A stretch of DNA of 33,808 bases from Patescibacteria group bacterium (lineage in GTDB: Bacteria; Patescibacteriota; Minisyncoccia; UBA6257; WO2-44-18): contig JBBTRE010000062.1 in NCBI GenBank assembly GCA_038065375.1, forward strand, positions 1 to 33,808, given 5' to 3'. The notes beneath the pieces are model-generated. The model made no database searches. It saw nothing but the letters and a program-made list of their open reading frames with translations, and was not told where the DNA came from. Within the stretch, counting starts at the first letter, position 1; each line of letters begins with the position of its first letter. This document shows positions 32,212 to 33,808 of this stretch, one piece after another. A program made the translations under genes and the position numbers.

Positions 32212-32220
32212 ATAGTACCA
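32212..32220 (-). promoter_or_regulatory. extended -10 promoter (leaderless geometry)
   Basis: Minus strand: TGgTACTAT, then 7 nt, then ATG at 32204. Confidence 0.45.
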
Positions 32221-32257
32221 TCCCATCAGGTTTATATATGTCTGGTACGCGTACCAT

Positions 32258-32674
32258 CTAGCGGAAACGGACAGGAATCCTTAACTCGTCATCATGCTCC
32301 GGTAGGCCGGACGGATTGTCTTTTTGTAAAATTAGAGTACCGGTTTCCGTTTCCGGCTTTTCAAATTCTAAAGTAACCGAGAAAGGCACGAATTCTTCTG
32401 TCATCCAATTATCTTCGGCCTGCGCCGGCTTTAAGGCGAGTAGCTTACCATTTCCATCCAAAAGACGCACCGGGAACGATGCTTCAAAGTACCAATACCC
32501 TCGAGCTTTACCGCTGATTGAGAGCGGACTGACCGCCATTTCGCCTGTTTTTGGCCGGTCTACTACAATCAGGTTATTTTTATCGTCATTTAGCGAGGTC
32601 TTTTTAGGAATGATGTAAATAGCCAAGCCAAGTAATATAGCAATTACTGCTATAGCAGTTAAAACTTTTTTCAT
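32258..32674 (-). CDS. Gmad2-like immunoglobulin-fold domain protein, membrane anchored
   Basis: N-terminal TM. The pattern SPLSISGKARGYWYFEASFPVRLLDGNGK...FVPFSVTLEF is Gmad2-like. Confidence 0.6.
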   Translation of the reverse strand: MKKVLTAIAVIAILLGLAIYIIPKKTSLNDDKNNLIVVDRPKTGEMAVSPLSISGKARGYWYFEASFPVRLLDGNGKLLALKPAQAEDNWMTEEFVPFSVTLEFEKPETETGTLILQKDNPSGLPEHDDELRIPVRFR

Positions 32675-32680
32675 GAATTT

Positions 32681-32689
32681 ATTATACCA
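32681..32689 (-). promoter_or_regulatory. extended -10 promoter (leaderless geometry)
   Basis: Minus strand: TGgTATAAT, then 6 nt, then ATG at 32674. Confidence 0.5.
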
Positions 32690-32696
32690 CCCTATA

Positions 32697-32732
32697 ACAA
32701 AGAACCGTCTCCTCGAGGAGACGGTTCTTTGT
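32697..32732 (-). terminator. 16-bp hairpin directly after the cupredoxin stop
   Basis: ACAAAGAACCGTCTCC-TCGA-GGAGACGGTTCTTTGT. The U-tract is partly inside the stem. Confidence 0.6.
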
Positions 32733-33209
32733 CTATTGCACGATTATTTCTCCCTTCATGCTTGGGTGCGGGGCGCAATGGTAGGTGTAGGTTCCCGGTT
32801 GAGTGAATACATACTCAAAACTTTTTCCCTGGCTTAAGATTTTACTGGCGAATAATCCTGTATCGCTCGTGACTGTATGGCCCGCTTGGTCAAAATTTGT
32901 CCAGGTAACTTTCGTGCCTCTTTTTACGGATACTGACTCCGAGACATACGAAAACCCCTTGATTGAAACTAAGATGCTTGAAGTAAAGGGAGGGATCGTC
33001 ACCTGACCGGCCGGCTGACTGGCTGGCTGAGCCGCCGGAGCTGGAGCCGAATATTGAGGAGCCACGCTAGTCTTGGGAGCGCTTTTCGCCGCCGGTGCGG
33101 GCGGGGGAATAGTTATTTTTGATTCTGGCGGGAACAACCAATAAAAAACCGTGGCCGCCAGACCTGCCAAGATGATCATCGTTGCTATAATTCCTGCGTT
33201 TCCTTTCAT
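32733..33209 (-). CDS. membrane-anchored cupredoxin (plastocyanin/amicyanin-like blue copper protein)
   Basis: N-terminal TM, Pro/Ala linker, and type-1 Cu ligand candidates GHTV...YHCAPHPSMKGEIIV. Confidence 0.75.
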   Translation of the reverse strand: MKGNAGIIATMIILAGLAATVFYWLFPPESKITIPPPAPAAKSAPKTSVAPQYSAPAPAAQPASQPAGQVTIPPFTSSILVSIKGFSYVSESVSVKRGTKVTWTNFDQAGHTVTSDTGLFASKILSQGKSFEYVFTQPGTYTYHCAPHPSMKGEIIVQ

Positions 33210-33282
33210 AATGTTGTTTTAAACTTTTCCGCCGGTTGGCGGATCCGCCTTCGGCGGAAACGACCTTATCAGACCACTAGCT

Positions 33283-33807
33283 TTAATGATAGTAAATAAC
33301 GTCCTTTCGCTCAACTGCAATTGTCCACTGTTTCTTTTTGGCGTGTTCGTAGAGTTTTTGGTTCGGATTAAAGCAGATCGGCCTGGTGACCATTGATAAG
33401 AACGATATGTCGCTTCCGGTGTCGCCGACACCGACCGATCCCCTGAGAGTCAGGTTGTGTTTTTCCACCGCTCTGGCTAAGATCCGGTCTTTGTTTAGAA
33501 TCAGCTCCGGGTGGAGCAATTTTCCGGTCATCCTACCTCTTTTGTCTACTTCAATGACCCTCCCGTAAACTTTATTGAATCCCAGATGGGCGCAGAACTC
33601 CTGAACAATTTCCAACGGTGAGTGCGAAATTGCCAACAGGAAAAATCCCGATTTCTTCAGTCGCTTGACCAAATCTCTAGTAAAACGATAAACCCGATTT
33701 TTGTGGAATGCGGCGACTTGTTTGGCGATTTTTTTGAATTTTGAATGGCTGGTACCCTTGATATGACTTTCAAAAGCAAGGATGACGGCCTGGATGTATT
33801 TGTCGTA
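33283..33807 (-). CDS. HAD-IB (SerB-like) hydrolase, N-terminus outside the window
   Basis: The frame stays open to the window edge. AISHSP and VGVGDTGSDISFL are HAD motifs III/IV. Confidence 0.75.
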   Translation of the reverse strand, partial: YDKYIQAVILAFESHIKGTSHSKFKKIAKQVAAFHKNRVYRFTRDLVKRLKKSGFFLLAISHSPLEIVQEFCAHLGFNKVYGRVIEVDKRGRMTGKLLHPELILNKDRILARAVEKHNLTLRGSVGVGDTGSDISFLSMVTRPICFNPNQKLYEHAKKKQWTIAVERKDVIYYH

Positions 33808-33808
33808 T

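Noticed and set aside
33227-33259. Four alternating CCGCC/GGCGG segments between the HAD and cupredoxin genes, as a possible attenuator
   Set aside because: Alternative pairings exist (1:2+3:4 or 1:4), but no U-tract follows on the transcribed (minus) strand and there is no leader peptide. It is probably just a GC-rich stem cluster.
1-33808. CRISPR arrays, rRNA genes, transposases or integrases, toxin-antitoxin or known defence-system genes
   Set aside because: Both strands were scanned. There are no regularly spaced direct repeats and no recognisable recombinase, RT, Cas or defence domains in any ORF of 60 aa or more. The only mobile-type gene is the LAGLIDADG endonuclease.

Overview
This is a gene-dense bacterial window of about 35 genes with short intergenic regions. 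The gene content looks like a reduced Patescibacteria/CPR-type genome, but that placement is inference, not proof. Housekeeping genes include pgk (partial), a DHH phosphoesterase coupled to RNase HI, RNase P RNA, a PGI/PMI isomerase, tsaC-tgt, class II RNR nrdJ, tRNA-Glu(CUC) and tRNA-Phe(GAA). These are interleaved with three other blocks. (1) A type IV pilus/pseudopilin locus at 4.4-10.4 kb: pilB, pilC, four minor pseudopilins (one fused to an LVIVD beta-propeller) and a major pilin. It is convergent with a GT2 gene and two paralogous GT-C-like membrane protein genes. (2) A free-standing LAGLIDADG homing endonuclease whose ORF terminates inside tRNA-Phe. (3) A terminator-bounded aceB-aceA glyoxylate-shunt cassette. 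The right end carries LOG, a ZnuCB-like ABC transporter, and a minus-strand block of envelope/redox proteins: FAD oxidase-DoxX-like, DUF5671-like, Gmad2-like and a cupredoxin. The main sequence-level signals are a recurrent (TGn)TAnnAT -10 box 6-7 nt upstream of start codons, which implies leaderless mRNAs, several unexplained structured intergenic elements (669-787, 5825-5961, 16824-17207), and a diverged duplicate of the pgk 3' end. I saw no CRISPR array, rRNA, transposase or integrase.
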